64,000 bases of DNA from Nitrosopumilus sp. (GCA_965205215.1 OZ242041.1:1632001-1696000); one strand, 5' to 3'; shown: positions 1-11,503, numbered from the stretch's first letter. The notes: generated by a model from the letters alone, not told the origin. Numbers and translations: made by a program.

Positions 1-424
1 GCTTTGAGGAGGCGGCTCGTATTTCAGATTGCAGTTTTCGAGCAGACTTGTCGGGGTCGACAGGCAGCAGCGTTGCATGCCCCAGCCGTACGTTGCTCTC
101 GTCGATGCCGGCATTTGCGCATACCAGTCCGGAATGCGTCCGGACAATAATAATGCCGTCGCGCATGCGCACTATACCGGACGACTCGGAGAGTATCAGT
201 TCCACAAGGCGCGGATCCTTGCGGTACTGGGACGCGATTCCCTCCGCAAGCAGGGAGGGCTTGACGTCAGAGAGGCGCACGATGCGCCCCTCCCTCTTTG
301 AGGCAGCCTTTTGCGCAACCACCACGACGTCCCCGTCGCATATATCGGCAGAGCGCGCTATGATCCCCCCGAGGTTGTCGGATGTCGTTATCTCCGCGTC
401 CACAAAGACAGGTATCACCTCCAT
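1..424 (-). CDS. cofE: Coenzyme F420-0:L-glutamate ligase (partial, runs off the window edge)
   Basis: Not in the ORF track. Manual translation from ATG 424 gives MEVIPVFVDAEITTSDNLGGIIARSADICDGDVVVVAQKAASKREGRIV...VCANAGIDESNV, which carries the CofE motifs. Confidence 0.9.
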   Translation of the reverse strand, partial: MEVIPVFVDAEITTSDNLGGIIARSADICDGDVVVVAQKAASKREGRIVRLSDVKPSLLAEGIASQYRKDPRLVELILSESSGIVRMRDGIIIVRTHSGLVCANAGIDESNVRLGHATLLPVDPDKSARKLQSEIRAASSK

Positions 425-606
425 GGCTCCACGTGGGACGCGCAGGTAAAATAGTATGTCGCCGCCCCGCGCTCGGGCGGCAGAAGGGTCGGCAACCAAG
501 AAGCGTCGGAGAAGTGTAGAGAAAACAAAAAATGTGCGGCACGGCCCAACCCCCGGATTGTACAGACAACAGCCCGGCGCGTCTGCGGCGGCAAGTCTAG
601 GTTCCG

Positions 607-1257
607 TTGCAAATTCGTGGCACGTCGGTCATCACAATGAATAATAGTTCTAACGTCCCACCGCCGGCAATGCGTTACGTGATGGTTGCCGTGGCTGCAT
701 CAGTACTCCTAGTGGGTACCGGTGGCGCGGCGGCTGCCGACGCAGAGATACCAGACTGGGTGCGGATCGTGGCAGAGTTCTGGTCTCAGGGACTCATATC
801 CGACGATCAATACGCGTCCACGCTATCGTATCTGATCGAGCAGAACATAATTGTGGTGGGGATAGAGGCGAACAAAATGCCGGAACCAACCCTCGGTTTG
901 ACACCTGATGCAGTGAGCGGCACCATAACCAGAGTTATAGACGGCAATACGGTTGAAATCGACAACGTGCGAATCCGACTGCCGCTCCTCGATGTCGAGG
1001 ACAGCGGCAACGGTACCATGCCGCACGCGGCACTGGCCCGCGAGGTGTGCCCCGTGGGAACTGCCGCGCACTACGACGTGGACGACGGCCAGTCGGAAGA
1101 CAAGTACGGACGCACCATAGCAATGGTGTGGTGTGATGGTGTCTCACTGGATCGCACACTGGCGGACTCCGGACTTGGGTGGGTCAACATATACTATTGT
1201 GAACGATCCGAGTTTTCGCATTTGTGGCGTGAGTGTATGTGCCATGTTGGCGGCTGA
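607..1257 (+). CDS. Secreted thermonuclease (SNase-like) with N-terminal thaumarchaeal IPxW...W..G.I.D domain; true start probably downstream (about 637-670)
   Basis: Signal-like hydrophobic stretch; IPDWVR..WSQGLISDDQY; SNase motifs RVIDGNT, IRL, DKYGRTIA. Confidence 0.8.
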   Translation: MQIRGTSVITMNNSSNVPPPAMRYVMVAVAASVLLVGTGGAAAADAEIPDWVRIVAEFWSQGLISDDQYASTLSYLIEQNIIVVGIEANKMPEPTLGLTPDAVSGTITRVIDGNTVEIDNVRIRLPLLDVEDSGNGTMPHAALAREVCPVGTAAHYDVDDGQSEDKYGRTIAMVWCDGVSLDRTLADSGLGWVNIYYCERSEFSHLWRECMCHVGG

Positions 1258-1335
1258 TCTGCCCGAGTAGGCCACGAATCTACAACAGTACTCAAGCCCA
1301 CAGCTTTTATTATGACGCCCTGCCACTGCCGCTGT

Positions 1336-1572
1336 ATGTCAGACGCCGCCGAGAAAGTGATCGATGCAGTCGGGCTCTACTGCCCGGAGCCGGTCTTTCA
1401 AGTCAAGATAGGGATGGAGCAGATGCAAGTCGGGCAGATCCTGCAGATCTCCGCCGACGATCCAGCGGCAGAGGACGACATTACCAGGTGGGCATCCAGA
1501 AACGGGCACGAACTGCTTGGCGTTTCAAAGGACGGAAGCACGGTCACGATCAGGATAAAAAAGACAAAGTGA
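1336..1572 (+). CDS. tusA: Sulfurtransferase TusA/SirA family protein
   Basis: DAVGLYCPEP motif, DDPAAEDDI. Confidence 0.88.
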   Translation: MSDAAEKVIDAVGLYCPEPVFQVKIGMEQMQVGQILQISADDPAAEDDITRWASRNGHELLGVSKDGSTVTIRIKKTK

Positions 1573-1655
1573 ACAGACATGGCAATTGCCGAGAGTACAG
1601 CAGCATCGAGAGGTCCAGAGTTAGCGTTAAATGATGGGCTTGGAGGCGTTGCGGC

Positions 1656-1955
1656 ATGAACGAGCTTGACCACAAGTACGAGGTGGACATAATACTGAAC
1701 GACGAAAGGCAGAGGCTCAGCAAGGAGACAAAGGCAGAGCTGATGGAGTCCGGAATGATGGATGAAAAGGGCAAGCTGAAGATAAAGGGCGTCAGCCCCA
1801 AGATGCTAAAGAGAATGAAGCAGGAGTACGTCGTATGCCCCGTCATGGAAAAGGAGGTGCAGTTCATCCAGTGCTTCGTGTGCGACAATTTCCAGAGCAG
1901 GGTGACCGGTCAGGTGCTCTGCAAGGGCGACCCGCTTACGAAAAACGGATCATAA
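1656..1955 (+). CDS. Hypothetical protein with C-terminal Cys cluster
   Basis: Coding-like 99-aa ORF with CP..CFVC..C; follows tusA. Confidence 0.7.
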   Translation: MNELDHKYEVDIILNDERQRLSKETKAELMESGMMDEKGKLKIKGVSPKMLKRMKQEYVVCPVMEKEVQFIQCFVCDNFQSRVTGQVLCKGDPLTKNGS

Positions 1956-2445
1956 ACAGTTGCATACAAGCGCATCCGGCGACGGAATAATTCTTATCAC
2001 GCGTATCGTCCCACTGCCGCTGCAAAAACCGGGGGCGGCGCCTGCGTCGGCGCCATGGCGACAAGAAGGGCGCAATCCAGTGTATGTGAGGGCGGCATCC
2101 GGTGCGCGGGATTGCCTTGCGGTTGCAGGCAGCTCTTACCAAAAATGGAAGCTAGGATGCGGACGCGCACCAAGCCTTCTGCTCTAATGCGCGGACGGGA
2201 AATGCGCGGGGCAAGAGATATGCAGCAAGGTAGCGCCGCAAGCCGCCCCTCAAGGGCGCCGGGGCCGGCAGACGCAGCCCGTGACGGACATGGTCAGGAG
2301 CCGAATCGCACAAACCGATAAAACGCGGGCAGGCGGCCGGAATCACCATACCCTTCATCCCAGAATGGACGCAGAGGGGACACAGACGATGCCCAGATCA
2401 TCCCGATGCGAAGGCTAATTAGTTTATCAGCGTCACCCGTCACAA

Positions 2446-3909
2446 TTGGAGAAGCAGACAGTGGAGATCGGCATCACGGCATCAAAGGAGACGGACTTTA
2501 GCGAGTGGTACATACAGACGGTCCAAAAGGCCGAGCTTGCAGACTATGCCCCCGTCAAGGGGCTCATCGTGCTCAGGCCCGACGGGTACGCCATATGGGA
2601 GTCGCTTCAGGAGACGTTCAACCGCAGGTTTGCAAGGGAGGGGGTCAGAAACGGGTTCCTTCCCGTGCTGATACCCGAGTCGCTCCTGGGGCGTGAAAAG
2701 GAGCATTTTGCAGGGTTCAACCCAGAGGTGTTCTGGGTCACCCATTCCGGAAACAACGAGCTTGGCGACAGGCTGGCCCTGCGGCCCACGTCTGAGACCC
2801 TGGCATATACGATGTATTCCAAGTGGGTGCAGAGCTGGAGGGACCTCCCGCTAAAGATCAACTTTTGGAACACCGCGCTACGCTCCGAGATCAAGGCCAC
2901 AAAGCCGTTCCTGAGAACGTCCGAGTTTCTGTGGCAGGAGGGGCACACGGTGCACGCCACAAAGGAGGAGGCAGAGAGGCAGGTGCACACCATGCTCGAC
3001 ATCTACAGGGAGACCGTCGAGCAGGAGCTTGCAATTCCGGTCATATCGGGAGCCAAGAGCGAGCGCGAAAAGTTCGTGGGGGCGGGATACACCATGGCAA
3101 TCGAGTCCATAATGCCGGACGGCAAGGCGCTGCAGATGGGCACGTCGCACTTCTTGGCACAGAACTTTTCGAAGCCGTTTGACGTAAAGTTTGCAGACAG
3201 GGACAACGTGGAGCACTATGCGTGGCAGACGTCGTGGGGGGTGTCGTGGAGGCTCATAGGCGCCATGATAATGACGCACGGAGACGACAGGGGCATGTCG
3301 ATGCCGCCCAGGGTCGCCCCCGTGCAGGCCGTCATAGTTCCCATATACCGCAACGACAAAAGGCAGAGGGACGGCGTCATGAGCGCGGCATCAGAGGTAC
3401 GCGAAGCGCTCGAGTCGGAGGGCGTCCGGGTACACGTGGACGACAGGGACGACGCGACGCCGGGCTTCAAGTTCAACGACTGGGAGCTAAAGGGCGTGCC
3501 GCTCAGAATAGAGATAGGGCCCAGGGACGTGGAGAGCAGGAGCGTGGTGGCAGTCAGGCGCCACGACGGCCGCAAGGAGTCCATGGGCGTAAAGGATCTC
3601 GGGCCCGCCATACGCGGCGTGCTTGAGGAGATACAGGAAACAATGCTGCAGAAGGCAAGGGAGAAGGCGGCGGGGATGACGTTTGACGTGTCGGAGTATG
3701 CAGAGTTCAAGGAGAGGTGTGGAACGGGATTTGTGCGCGCAACATGGTGCGGAGATGAGAAGTGCGAGGAGTCCATAAAGGAGGAGACCGGCGCCGAGAT
3801 CAGAGTCATACCGCTTGGAGAAGAAGAGGAGAATGGCGTGCAGGGTTCGATCTGCATAAGATGCGGGGGCCAAGGTTTATCAACGCCGATCTTTGCCAAG
3901 GGATATTGA
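2446..3909 (+). CDS. proS: Proline--tRNA ligase (archaeal/eukaryotic type)
   Basis: DFSEWY, LRPTSET, FLRTSEFLWQEGHT, QTSWGVSWR, C-terminal FAKGY. Confidence 0.97.
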   Translation: MEKQTVEIGITASKETDFSEWYIQTVQKAELADYAPVKGLIVLRPDGYAIWESLQETFNRRFAREGVRNGFLPVLIPESLLGREKEHFAGFNPEVFWVTHSGNNELGDRLALRPTSETLAYTMYSKWVQSWRDLPLKINFWNTALRSEIKATKPFLRTSEFLWQEGHTVHATKEEAERQVHTMLDIYRETVEQELAIPVISGAKSEREKFVGAGYTMAIESIMPDGKALQMGTSHFLAQNFSKPFDVKFADRDNVEHYAWQTSWGVSWRLIGAMIMTHGDDRGMSMPPRVAPVQAVIVPIYRNDKRQRDGVMSAASEVREALESEGVRVHVDDRDDATPGFKFNDWELKGVPLRIEIGPRDVESRSVVAVRRHDGRKESMGVKDLGPAIRGVLEEIQETMLQKAREKAAGMTFDVSEYAEFKERCGTGFVRATWCGDEKCEESIKEETGAEIRVIPLGEEEENGVQGSICIRCGGQGLSTPIFAKGY

Positions 3910-5351
3910 GCGGCGGCAGCGATAGCGGGGATAGCAGCGGCGCGGCCGTCACGGAAGAGCCGAAGGCCGTCTCAGAGTCGCACAGGCTGATCACCCTGTT
4001 CAGGGAGACAAGATCCAGGACGCGGAACATGGTAAGCACCCTGGAGCCGGACGACTTTACGGTCCAGACGGCGTTCTTTACAAGCCCGGCGAAATGGCAC
4101 GTCGGACACGTCAGCTGGATATACGAGGCCGTAATGGGCAAGATCGACGAAGAGTACGGGTTCGAGGAAGGCGAGATATCGGCATACCTCAATTCGTACT
4201 ACCAGCAGTTCGGGGCCCCGCACGACAAGGGGCGCAGGGGGGCCGTATCGAGGCCCACGACAAGGCAGATGTTCGAGTACTTTGAGGGGGTAAGCAGCAA
4301 GGTCGAGAGGTTTGTCGCGAAGCACAGGGATGCCATAGACGGGGCAGCAGGCGGAGACAGAGCCAGCAGTGGCAGCGGCGGCATAGTGTCCGACACGGCG
4401 CGCCTCCTAGAGATGGGGATGCACCACGAGTGCCAGCACCAGGAACTGATGGTGTACGACCTGCAGCACATGCTTGCAGACAGGTACGTCCCCGCGCCGG
4501 CAATGAAGAAGCCGGTGCCGCAGCTGGACGGCCCGCGTGCACGCGATGCAGAAAGGCAGGCACTCATAGAGGGGGGCCTGTACGCCATGGGGTACGGGGG
4601 CAGCGGCTACTGTTACGACATAGAGCTTCCAGAGCACAAGACCTACCTTGAGCCCTACCTGATCGACGTATACCCCACAACCAACGGACAGTACATGGAG
4701 TTTGTGGAGGACGGGGGGTACGACACGTACAGGTACTGGCTCTCCGACGGCTGGGAGAAGGTGAGGGAGAACGGATGGGAGGCCCCCATGTACTGGGAGA
4801 GGGGCGAGAACGGCAAGTGGCACACGCGCGACTTTGCGGGATACCGACAGATGGACCCCATGGAACCCGTCTGTCACGTGAGCTACTACGAGGCCGACGC
4901 GTACGCCAAATGGGCCGGAAAGAGGCTGCCAACGGAGGCCGAGTGGGAGATGGCCGCATGCTGGGACCGCGACGCGCGGAGAAAGAACGCCTACCCGTGG
5001 GGAGACGACGCGCCGACGCCGGACAGGTGCAACCTGCTGGAGTCGGGGGTGTGGAAGTGCTCCAGAATAGGCTCGTATCCCGGGGGAGCCAGCAGCTGCG
5101 GCTGTCAGCAGATGATAGGCGACGCGTGGGAATGGACGTCGTCGGAGTTTGTCGGCTATCCGGGGTTCAAGTCCGGCTTTGACGAGTACAACGACAAGTG
5201 GTTTGCGAACCAAAAGGTGCTCAGGGGCGGCTCCTTTGGCACGCCGGCCGCGTCCATCAGGTCAAGCTACCGCAACTTTTTCAGACTCGACGAGCGCTGG
5301 ATGATTGCAGGATTCAGGTGCGCACAGGACGCAGGACGCAGCGGCAGCTGA
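3906..5351 (+). CDS. egtB: Ergothioneine biosynthesis sulfoxide synthase EgtB (start uncertain)
   Basis: DinB-like SPAKWHVGH and HECQHQEL plus FGE-sulfatase domain (RLPTEAEWE, RGGSF); convergent with egtD. Confidence 0.88.
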   Translation: MSGGSDSGDSSGAAVTEEPKAVSESHRLITLFRETRSRTRNMVSTLEPDDFTVQTAFFTSPAKWHVGHVSWIYEAVMGKIDEEYGFEEGEISAYLNSYYQQFGAPHDKGRRGAVSRPTTRQMFEYFEGVSSKVERFVAKHRDAIDGAAGGDRASSGSGGIVSDTARLLEMGMHHECQHQELMVYDLQHMLADRYVPAPAMKKPVPQLDGPRARDAERQALIEGGLYAMGYGGSGYCYDIELPEHKTYLEPYLIDVYPTTNGQYMEFVEDGGYDTYRYWLSDGWEKVRENGWEAPMYWERGENGKWHTRDFAGYRQMDPMEPVCHVSYYEADAYAKWAGKRLPTEAEWEMAACWDRDARRKNAYPWGDDAPTPDRCNLLESGVWKCSRIGSYPGGASSCGCQQMIGDAWEWTSSEFVGYPGFKSGFDEYNDKWFANQKVLRGGSFGTPAASIRSSYRNFFRLDERWMIAGFRCAQDAGRSGS

Positions 5352-5356
5352 CGCCG

Positions 5357-6502
5357 TCACGACGCGGGCGCCTCGGCAAGCACCAGCATAAAGTAGCCGT
5401 CCGAGTCGGTCCACTGACTCACCGTTCTGAATCCGGCGGAGTCAAGCATGCTGCGGACCTGTCCGGGCTCGTACTTGTACGAGTTTTCAGTGTGGATGAG
5501 CTCGCCGTGCCCGAGGCGCAGCTCAAGTCCGGGCTTTGAGACCGTCACCGTCTGCTCACACAGCGACTCCAGGTGCATCTCCACGCGCTGCTCTGACGAG
5601 TTATAGTGTGCCCGGTGGGCAAAGTTGCCAAGGTCAAAGTCCGCGTCAAGCTCCGAGTTGATTCGAGACAGTACGTTGAGGTTGAACCTGGACGTCACGC
5701 CCGCAGAGTCGTTGTATGCGGATTCCAGCACCCCGCGATCCTTTGCCATGTCGACGCCCATGAGAAAGAGGTCGCCGGGCTTCATGGCAGAGCGCACGCG
5801 GCCCAGGAACGTCGCCCCGTCCCCGGGCGCCAGGTTTCCATAGCTGGAGCCTAGGAACATTATCAGGCTTCTCCCGCCACCGTACTCCTTTAGGAACTCA
5901 AGCCCGCCCTCGTAGGTGTCTATTATCCCCGTTATCCTGAGCTTTGGATAGTCCGCGAGCAGCTGCTCGGAGCTCTGGGTCAGGATGTCTGATATGTCGA
6001 TTGGAAAGTACTCCGTGTCGCTCTGGACGCGGTGCAGTGCGTCAAGTATTATCCGGGTCTTTACGGAGGAGCCGCTGCCCAGCTCCACCAGCCTGAGGCG
6101 TCCGCTGCTTTTGCCACCACCACCACCACCACCGCCACCGGCACCGGCCCGGGGTGCGTCGTCGGCGGCACCCGTGGCAGCGCCGCCGTCATGATCAGCG
6201 CCGTCGCGGCGGATGCCCAGCTCGTCCGCGGCAACCAAGGCGCCAATCTCGTCTGCGATCCTCTCCAGGAGCGCTATCTCAGTACGGGTCAGATAATATT
6301 CGGGGACGGAGCATATCTCCTCGAAGAGCGCAGAGCCAACCTCGTCGTAAAAGAACTTCGGATCTATGAACTTGGAGCCGCTTCCTCTGTCAAGGCTGCC
6401 AGATATCTCCTCGGCAAACGTCCTCTCGACTTTTGACGCGTGCGGCTTGAAGTACCTCAGACGAGAGTCAACCTCAAACATCTTGTACTGCGGGCGGAGC
6501 AT
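5357..6502 (-). CDS. egtD: L-histidine N(alpha)-methyltransferase EgtD (start about 6502-6547)
   Basis: PKFFYDEVGSALFEEIC..PEYYLTRTE, ELGSGSSVKT, AYNDSAGVT, IHTENSYKY. Confidence 0.92.
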   Translation of the reverse strand: MLRPQYKMFEVDSRLRYFKPHASKVERTFAEEISGSLDRGSGSKFIDPKFFYDEVGSALFEEICSVPEYYLTRTEIALLERIADEIGALVAADELGIRRDGADHDGGAATGAADDAPRAGAGGGGGGGGGKSSGRLRLVELGSGSSVKTRIILDALHRVQSDTEYFPIDISDILTQSSEQLLADYPKLRITGIIDTYEGGLEFLKEYGGGRSLIMFLGSSYGNLAPGDGATFLGRVRSAMKPGDLFLMGVDMAKDRGVLESAYNDSAGVTSRFNLNVLSRINSELDADFDLGNFAHRAHYNSSEQRVEMHLESLCEQTVTVSKPGLELRLGHGELIHTENSYKYEPGQVRSMLDSAGFRTVSQWTDSDGYFMLVLAEAPAS

Positions 6503-6727
6503 GTGGAAGCTGTAGTGGTCCGCCTCCTCTTGCCGGGTTTTTGCCAATTTTAGACGAGGTCGTACGTTCTCATAAATGCCTTTTGAGGTGTAACGGCTCC
6601 GGCGGGCCCCGTACCGATTGGGCCGGCGCAGCATGTGTTCTGTTTTCAAAGGCAGATGTACCGTAACCGGGCCGGCCGCTTGTACCGGAGCGCGCCTCTT
6701 CATATAGCGCGATATGCCACCTGCGCC

Positions 6728-7807
6728 GTGGACGAGATACTGAGGGTGGAGGGCCTCAAAAAGCACTTTGCCGCAAAAAAGGGGCTGCTCGGACGCCGCC
6801 CGTCCGGCCCGTCAGTCACAAGGGCGGCAGACGGGGTGTCGTTCTCACTCGGGCGGGGCGAGACGTTCGTCCTTGCAGGCGAGTCGGGGTCAGGCAAGTC
6901 CACTATTGCAAAGATCATACTGGGGTCGGTGCAGCCCGACTCGGGACGGATATTCTTCGAGGGAGAGGAGGCCGCATACGGCCAGAAGAGCATGAACGCA
7001 GTCAGGGCGGGCTGCCAGATGATACAGCAGGATCCGTACGATTCCATAAATCCGCGCATGAGGGTGTCAGATGTAGTGGCAGAGCCGCTTGAGATACTGG
7101 GGGGCACGTACGGCAGCGGGGCGAAGCGGGCGGCCCGCGTAGCGGAGGTGCTCAGGGAGGTCAGGCTCGAACCGGCCGGCGAGATTGCATCAAAGTACCC
7201 CCACATGCTCTCGGGCGGCCAGAGGCAGCGCGTGGTGCTTGCAAGGGCCCTTTCCACGAGCCCCAGGGTCATAATCGCAGACGAGCCTGTATCCATGCTC
7301 GACGTGTCGATCAGGGCGGAGATGCTCGAGCTTATGCGCGAGGTGCAGTCAAGGCACGACATATCCTTCATATACATAACCCACGACCTGGCCACGGCCA
7401 GGAATTTTGGGCACAGGATCGGCATACTGTACCAGGGGGCGATCGTGGAGATGGGCGACATAGACGAGGTGCTGCTGTCACCGCGCCACCCATACACGCA
7501 GGCGCTGACCGACGCGATATCAGAGCCCGATCCCAGAAATCTCCACAAGAGAAAGTCCATCAGGATCGTGACAGAGTCGCACGACGGGCGGCAGGCGGCA
7601 GGCGGCAGGGACGGCTGCATCGGCCCCTCGGAGCTCAACATCAGCATAAGCGCCGGGTGCAGGTTCGCGCAGAGGTGCCCGTACGTGGCAGACGTATGCA
7701 GGTCAGAGCCCGCACTCGAGGAAAAAAGGCCCGGGCAGTGGGCCGCATGCCACGTCGAGCTCGACGGTGGCGACAGCGGCAGCGGCAGCGATAACAGCCC
7801 CAGATAA
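6728..7807 (+). CDS. Oligopeptide/dipeptide ABC transporter ATP-binding protein
   Basis: GESGSGKST, LSGGQRQR, DEPVSMLD, HPYT, GCRF..RCP. Confidence 0.93.
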   Translation: MDEILRVEGLKKHFAAKKGLLGRRPSGPSVTRAADGVSFSLGRGETFVLAGESGSGKSTIAKIILGSVQPDSGRIFFEGEEAAYGQKSMNAVRAGCQMIQQDPYDSINPRMRVSDVVAEPLEILGGTYGSGAKRAARVAEVLREVRLEPAGEIASKYPHMLSGGQRQRVVLARALSTSPRVIIADEPVSMLDVSIRAEMLELMREVQSRHDISFIYITHDLATARNFGHRIGILYQGAIVEMGDIDEVLLSPRHPYTQALTDAISEPDPRNLHKRKSIRIVTESHDGRQAAGGRDGCIGPSELNISISAGCRFAQRCPYVADVCRSEPALEEKRPGQWAACHVELDGGDSGSGSDNSPR

Positions 7808-7865
7808 AGCCGAACGGGGCGCCAGGATCGGATGCGCCTGCAGGCCGTGCATGGCGGCGGCGTCT

Positions 7866-10800
7866 TTACCGCTTCGGCTTTATCACAGGCGACATAAAGC
7901 GACGGTCCTTGTACGTTACGACGTTTGAGACGCCACCCTTGGGAAACACCCCGTACACGAGTCCCGCCTTTTCGACCACGGAGTCCTTTAGCGACACCAC
8001 CACGAACTGACTGTCGCGTGAGCGCTCGGCAAGTATGTTCGAGAGCTTCTCGGCGTTGGATGCGTCTAGGTGCGCATCGACCTCGTCAAACAGGTAGAAG
8101 GGCGCCGGCTGGAGCTTTTGCAGCCCCAGTACAAACACGACGGCGGCCAGGGTCTTCTCGCCTCCGCTGATGGACGTGGACTCGCGGGGCTGCTTGTCTG
8201 GAAACTGCACCATGTATGATATTCCAGAGCTGAAGATGTCATCCTCGTCCTGGAGTTCAAGCCAGGCGCCGCCCCCGGTCATCTTCTTGAAGACCCTGCG
8301 TATCTCTCCGTCCACTACCTCAAACGCGTCAAGGAACGTCTGCCGCTTTTCACGCTCGATCTTGTTTATGAACCGGACTATGGAGTTGCGCTCCGACTCC
8401 AGCGAGTTCTTGCGCACCGACTGCATCTTGTAACCCTGCGTGATCTCGGCATACTTTGACGGGGCGCCCGCGTCAAACTCCGCAACCGACTCGAGTTCGG
8501 CCTCAAGTTCGCTTATTATTTGCCCCACGTCGAACGTGCTGCCGCCGCCATATACGGGGGCACCGTTGCCGCCGCGCGCGGACGCCGCATGTGCAAGGGA
8601 TCTCTCCTCCTCCCCCGTCCAGGCCTCGGCTACCTGCCGCAGCTGTCCGGCCTTCATCACCAGGGCGGAGAGGTCGGACTCTAGCTTGTCTGCCTTTCTC
8701 TCAAGGCCGTTGATCTGCGTGGAGTGGGATCTCTCTTCTTTGCGCAATCCGCTTAGCTTGTCGTCATGCTCCTTTATCACGTCCATCGAGGAGCCGGAAT
8801 TCATTATCATCTCCTGCTCCTTCTGCCTGAGCTTGGTAAGATCCTCAGAGAGCGGGCCCTCCACCGCGGACGTCTCCTCTATCGTCCTCTCAAGCGAGTC
8901 CATCTCCGAACCGAGGGACTCGGCCTCCGCGCGGAGCCCGTCGTCCTGCGATGCGAGGCTGCCGGCAGTGGAGCGGGACTCTGAAAGCTCCGAGTGTATC
9001 CGGCTGTACGCGGTGGTGGCCTCGGTCCGGCGCGCCTCCAGCTCGGCCTTTTTGGAGTTTGCGGCAGTCAGGAGGCCAGCGATCTGCATCTGCTCGCTGG
9101 ACATGTGCTTGGCGCTTGCAAGGTTTATCTCGTTTTGTATGCTCTCTATCCGGGAGAGCAGGGAGGTAATCTCGGCGTCCGCCGCGTCGGACTCGGCCCG
9201 CAGTTTGTCAAGCCTGCCCGGCAGGCGCTCGGCCGCCTCCTTTGCGGAACCCAGCCTCGACTCCACATACTGAAGGCTCTGCCCCGCCGAGTCTACGCGC
9301 CCTGCGACACCTTGAGGCGCTCGGCGTGTGCGGACATGGACTCGGCCGTCTTTTTTTCAACCTGTTTTTTTCTGCGTATGTAGCGCTTGACTACCGATAT
9401 CAGCTTGAACAGCCCGTCCACGTCACTGCTCATCGAGATAAGCTTTGTTATGCGCGATATCTTGGAGCCGGTGTCAACTGTAACCGTTCCGCTGCGGGGC
9501 TCAAAGTACTCGCCGGACATGGTAACCGCCCTGTGCCCCGACCTGGAGACCGATATGGCAGAGTTCCGGTCGCGTACCAGCACCACGCCCCCGAACAGGA
9601 ACTCCCTGAGGGGCTCGTGCTCCGGGCGGCACCGCACGTGGCCTGCAAGCGTCCCAAGCGTCCTTACGCCGTCGACGGCGCGCGGGGGGCGGGCGTCGTC
9701 AGGTCCCAGGCTCGAGAGGGCCTCTAATGGGAGGATCCTGAACTTTGGCAGTTTCTGCACGCGCGCCGACTCGGATATCGCAAAGAGCGTGGCAAAGTCG
9801 TCCACCACGACGGCCTTTATCCAGTCCGTACTGGCCGCCATTATGGGCCTCTCGTACTCCGGATCCCACGACATCATCTCGTACACGAGCCCCCTTATGC
9901 CCAGTTGGCCGGCGTTCTCCAGCAGCTTTGCAGTCGAGTAGTCCTCGTGCATGAACCCCTTTACGGTCTTTATCTTTGACGCGTACTTTGTCGCCGCGCT
10001 GCTCGACCTCTCAAGCACGAACTCTAGGTCCTCCCTGTCGGATATGGCCTTCTCCCTCTTCTCCCCGAGCTCCCGCATGCGCGACTCGAGCTTGGATACC
10101 GTGTCGCGGCTGTTGTCCATTATGCGCTTCAGGTGCAGGGACTGGTCCTGCAGCCTGCCCACCAGCTCCCGCATCTCGGTCAGCTGCCTGCCGTACTGCT
10201 CCATCTTTTCAAGGCACGAGTCGCGCCTGTGCTCCAGCCCCATCTTTTCATAGACCAAACCCTCCTTCTCGGTCCCGAGTCGCTTTATCTTGTCGTCAAG
10301 CTCGCTGCGCCGGGCGGCGGCATCGGACTGCCTCTGGAGTATGCCGCGTATCTCCGCGTCGGTCCGTTCGAGTTCCTTGCGGACGGCCTCGCGCTCCGAT
10401 TCGGCCTCGGCAAGCTGCCCCTCCGCCTCCCTCACCTGCATGTCGGTGTAGTTTCGCGACTTGGAGATGTTGTCCGACTCGACCTTGATCTCCCCCAGGC
10501 GCCGCCCTATCTGGGCCTGCCGGTTCTCTGCAATCGACCTCTTGCTCTTGGCCTCCTCGTATGCCCGCAGCGAGGAGCTTATCTGGGACTCGAGGCGCGC
10601 CTTTTCCGTCCGGTAGGCATTCTCGGCCTCCATTATCTCGGAGCGCTCTTCCTCGACTGACCCAATTTCAGACAGGAGTCCGTCGCGTAGCTCCGAGAGC
10701 GCCGCGATGCCGGCCTTCGCCTCGTTCAGCTCCAAGAGCATCGAGGCGCGCTGGCCCTCGACAAGCTCGAGTTTTGCGGCGGCGTCGACTGCGCGGTACC

Positions 10801-11503
10801 TTGTCAGGTCGGCCTGTATTATGTCGCAGCGCATCTTGAGGTTGCGGTCCACCTCCAGCTCGTCTATGCGCTTCTTGACCTCGTTCATGCGGGCAAGCGA
10901 GACCTCCAGCGTGCGGTCGGCCTTGTCAAGCTCGTCCCGCGCGTTGGCCGCCTTCTCATCAAACGACGATATGCCGATCAGATCCTCGATTATGTTGCGC
11001 TTTTCAGTCGGGGTGTACTCGGATATGCGCGTTACGGTGCCCTGCTGCACCACGTTGAGCTGCTTGGGCCCCGAGCCCGCCCTGGCCACGTCTAGGATGT
11101 CCGTGATGTGAGCGCGGCTGTCCTTTTTGTTGTTGAGATAGTAGGTTTGCTCGCCGCCCTCGTCAAGCTCCCTTGTGACGACCACCGAGTCTGACGCGAC
11201 TGGTATGATCCGGTCGGAGTTGTCAAAGTGGAGCGCCACGCGGGCCATGCGCGTGCCACGCCGGGGGCCGCGGCCTCCGCTGCTGCTGCCGTCCACGTCG
11301 TGGAGCAGCTGCTGCATCTTTGGCACCCTCATCATGGTAGGGCGCGTCTCGCCCGTGGCAAATATTATGGCGTCCAGTATGTTGCTCTTGCCTGAGCCGT
11401 TGGGGCCGGAGATCGAGACCAGGCCGGGGTCGAGGTTGACCACGGTATTCCTGAATCCGAACGACTTGAAGCCAAATATCTCCACCTTTTTTATATGAAC
11501 CAT
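7866..11503 (-). CDS. smc: Chromosome segregation protein SMC, split by a frameshift near 9293 (ORFs 9293-11503 and 7866-9266)
   Basis: N-terminal GFKSF and GPNGSGKSN, coiled coil, hinge; C-terminal SGGEK and FYLFDEVDAHLD. The two frames are offset by one base. Confidence 0.9.

Noticed and set aside
7866-11503. SMC with ScpA/ScpB as a Wadjet/MksBEFG defence system
   Set aside because: Canonical hinge-containing SMC, no JetD/MksG, and the genes are dispersed among housekeeping loci.
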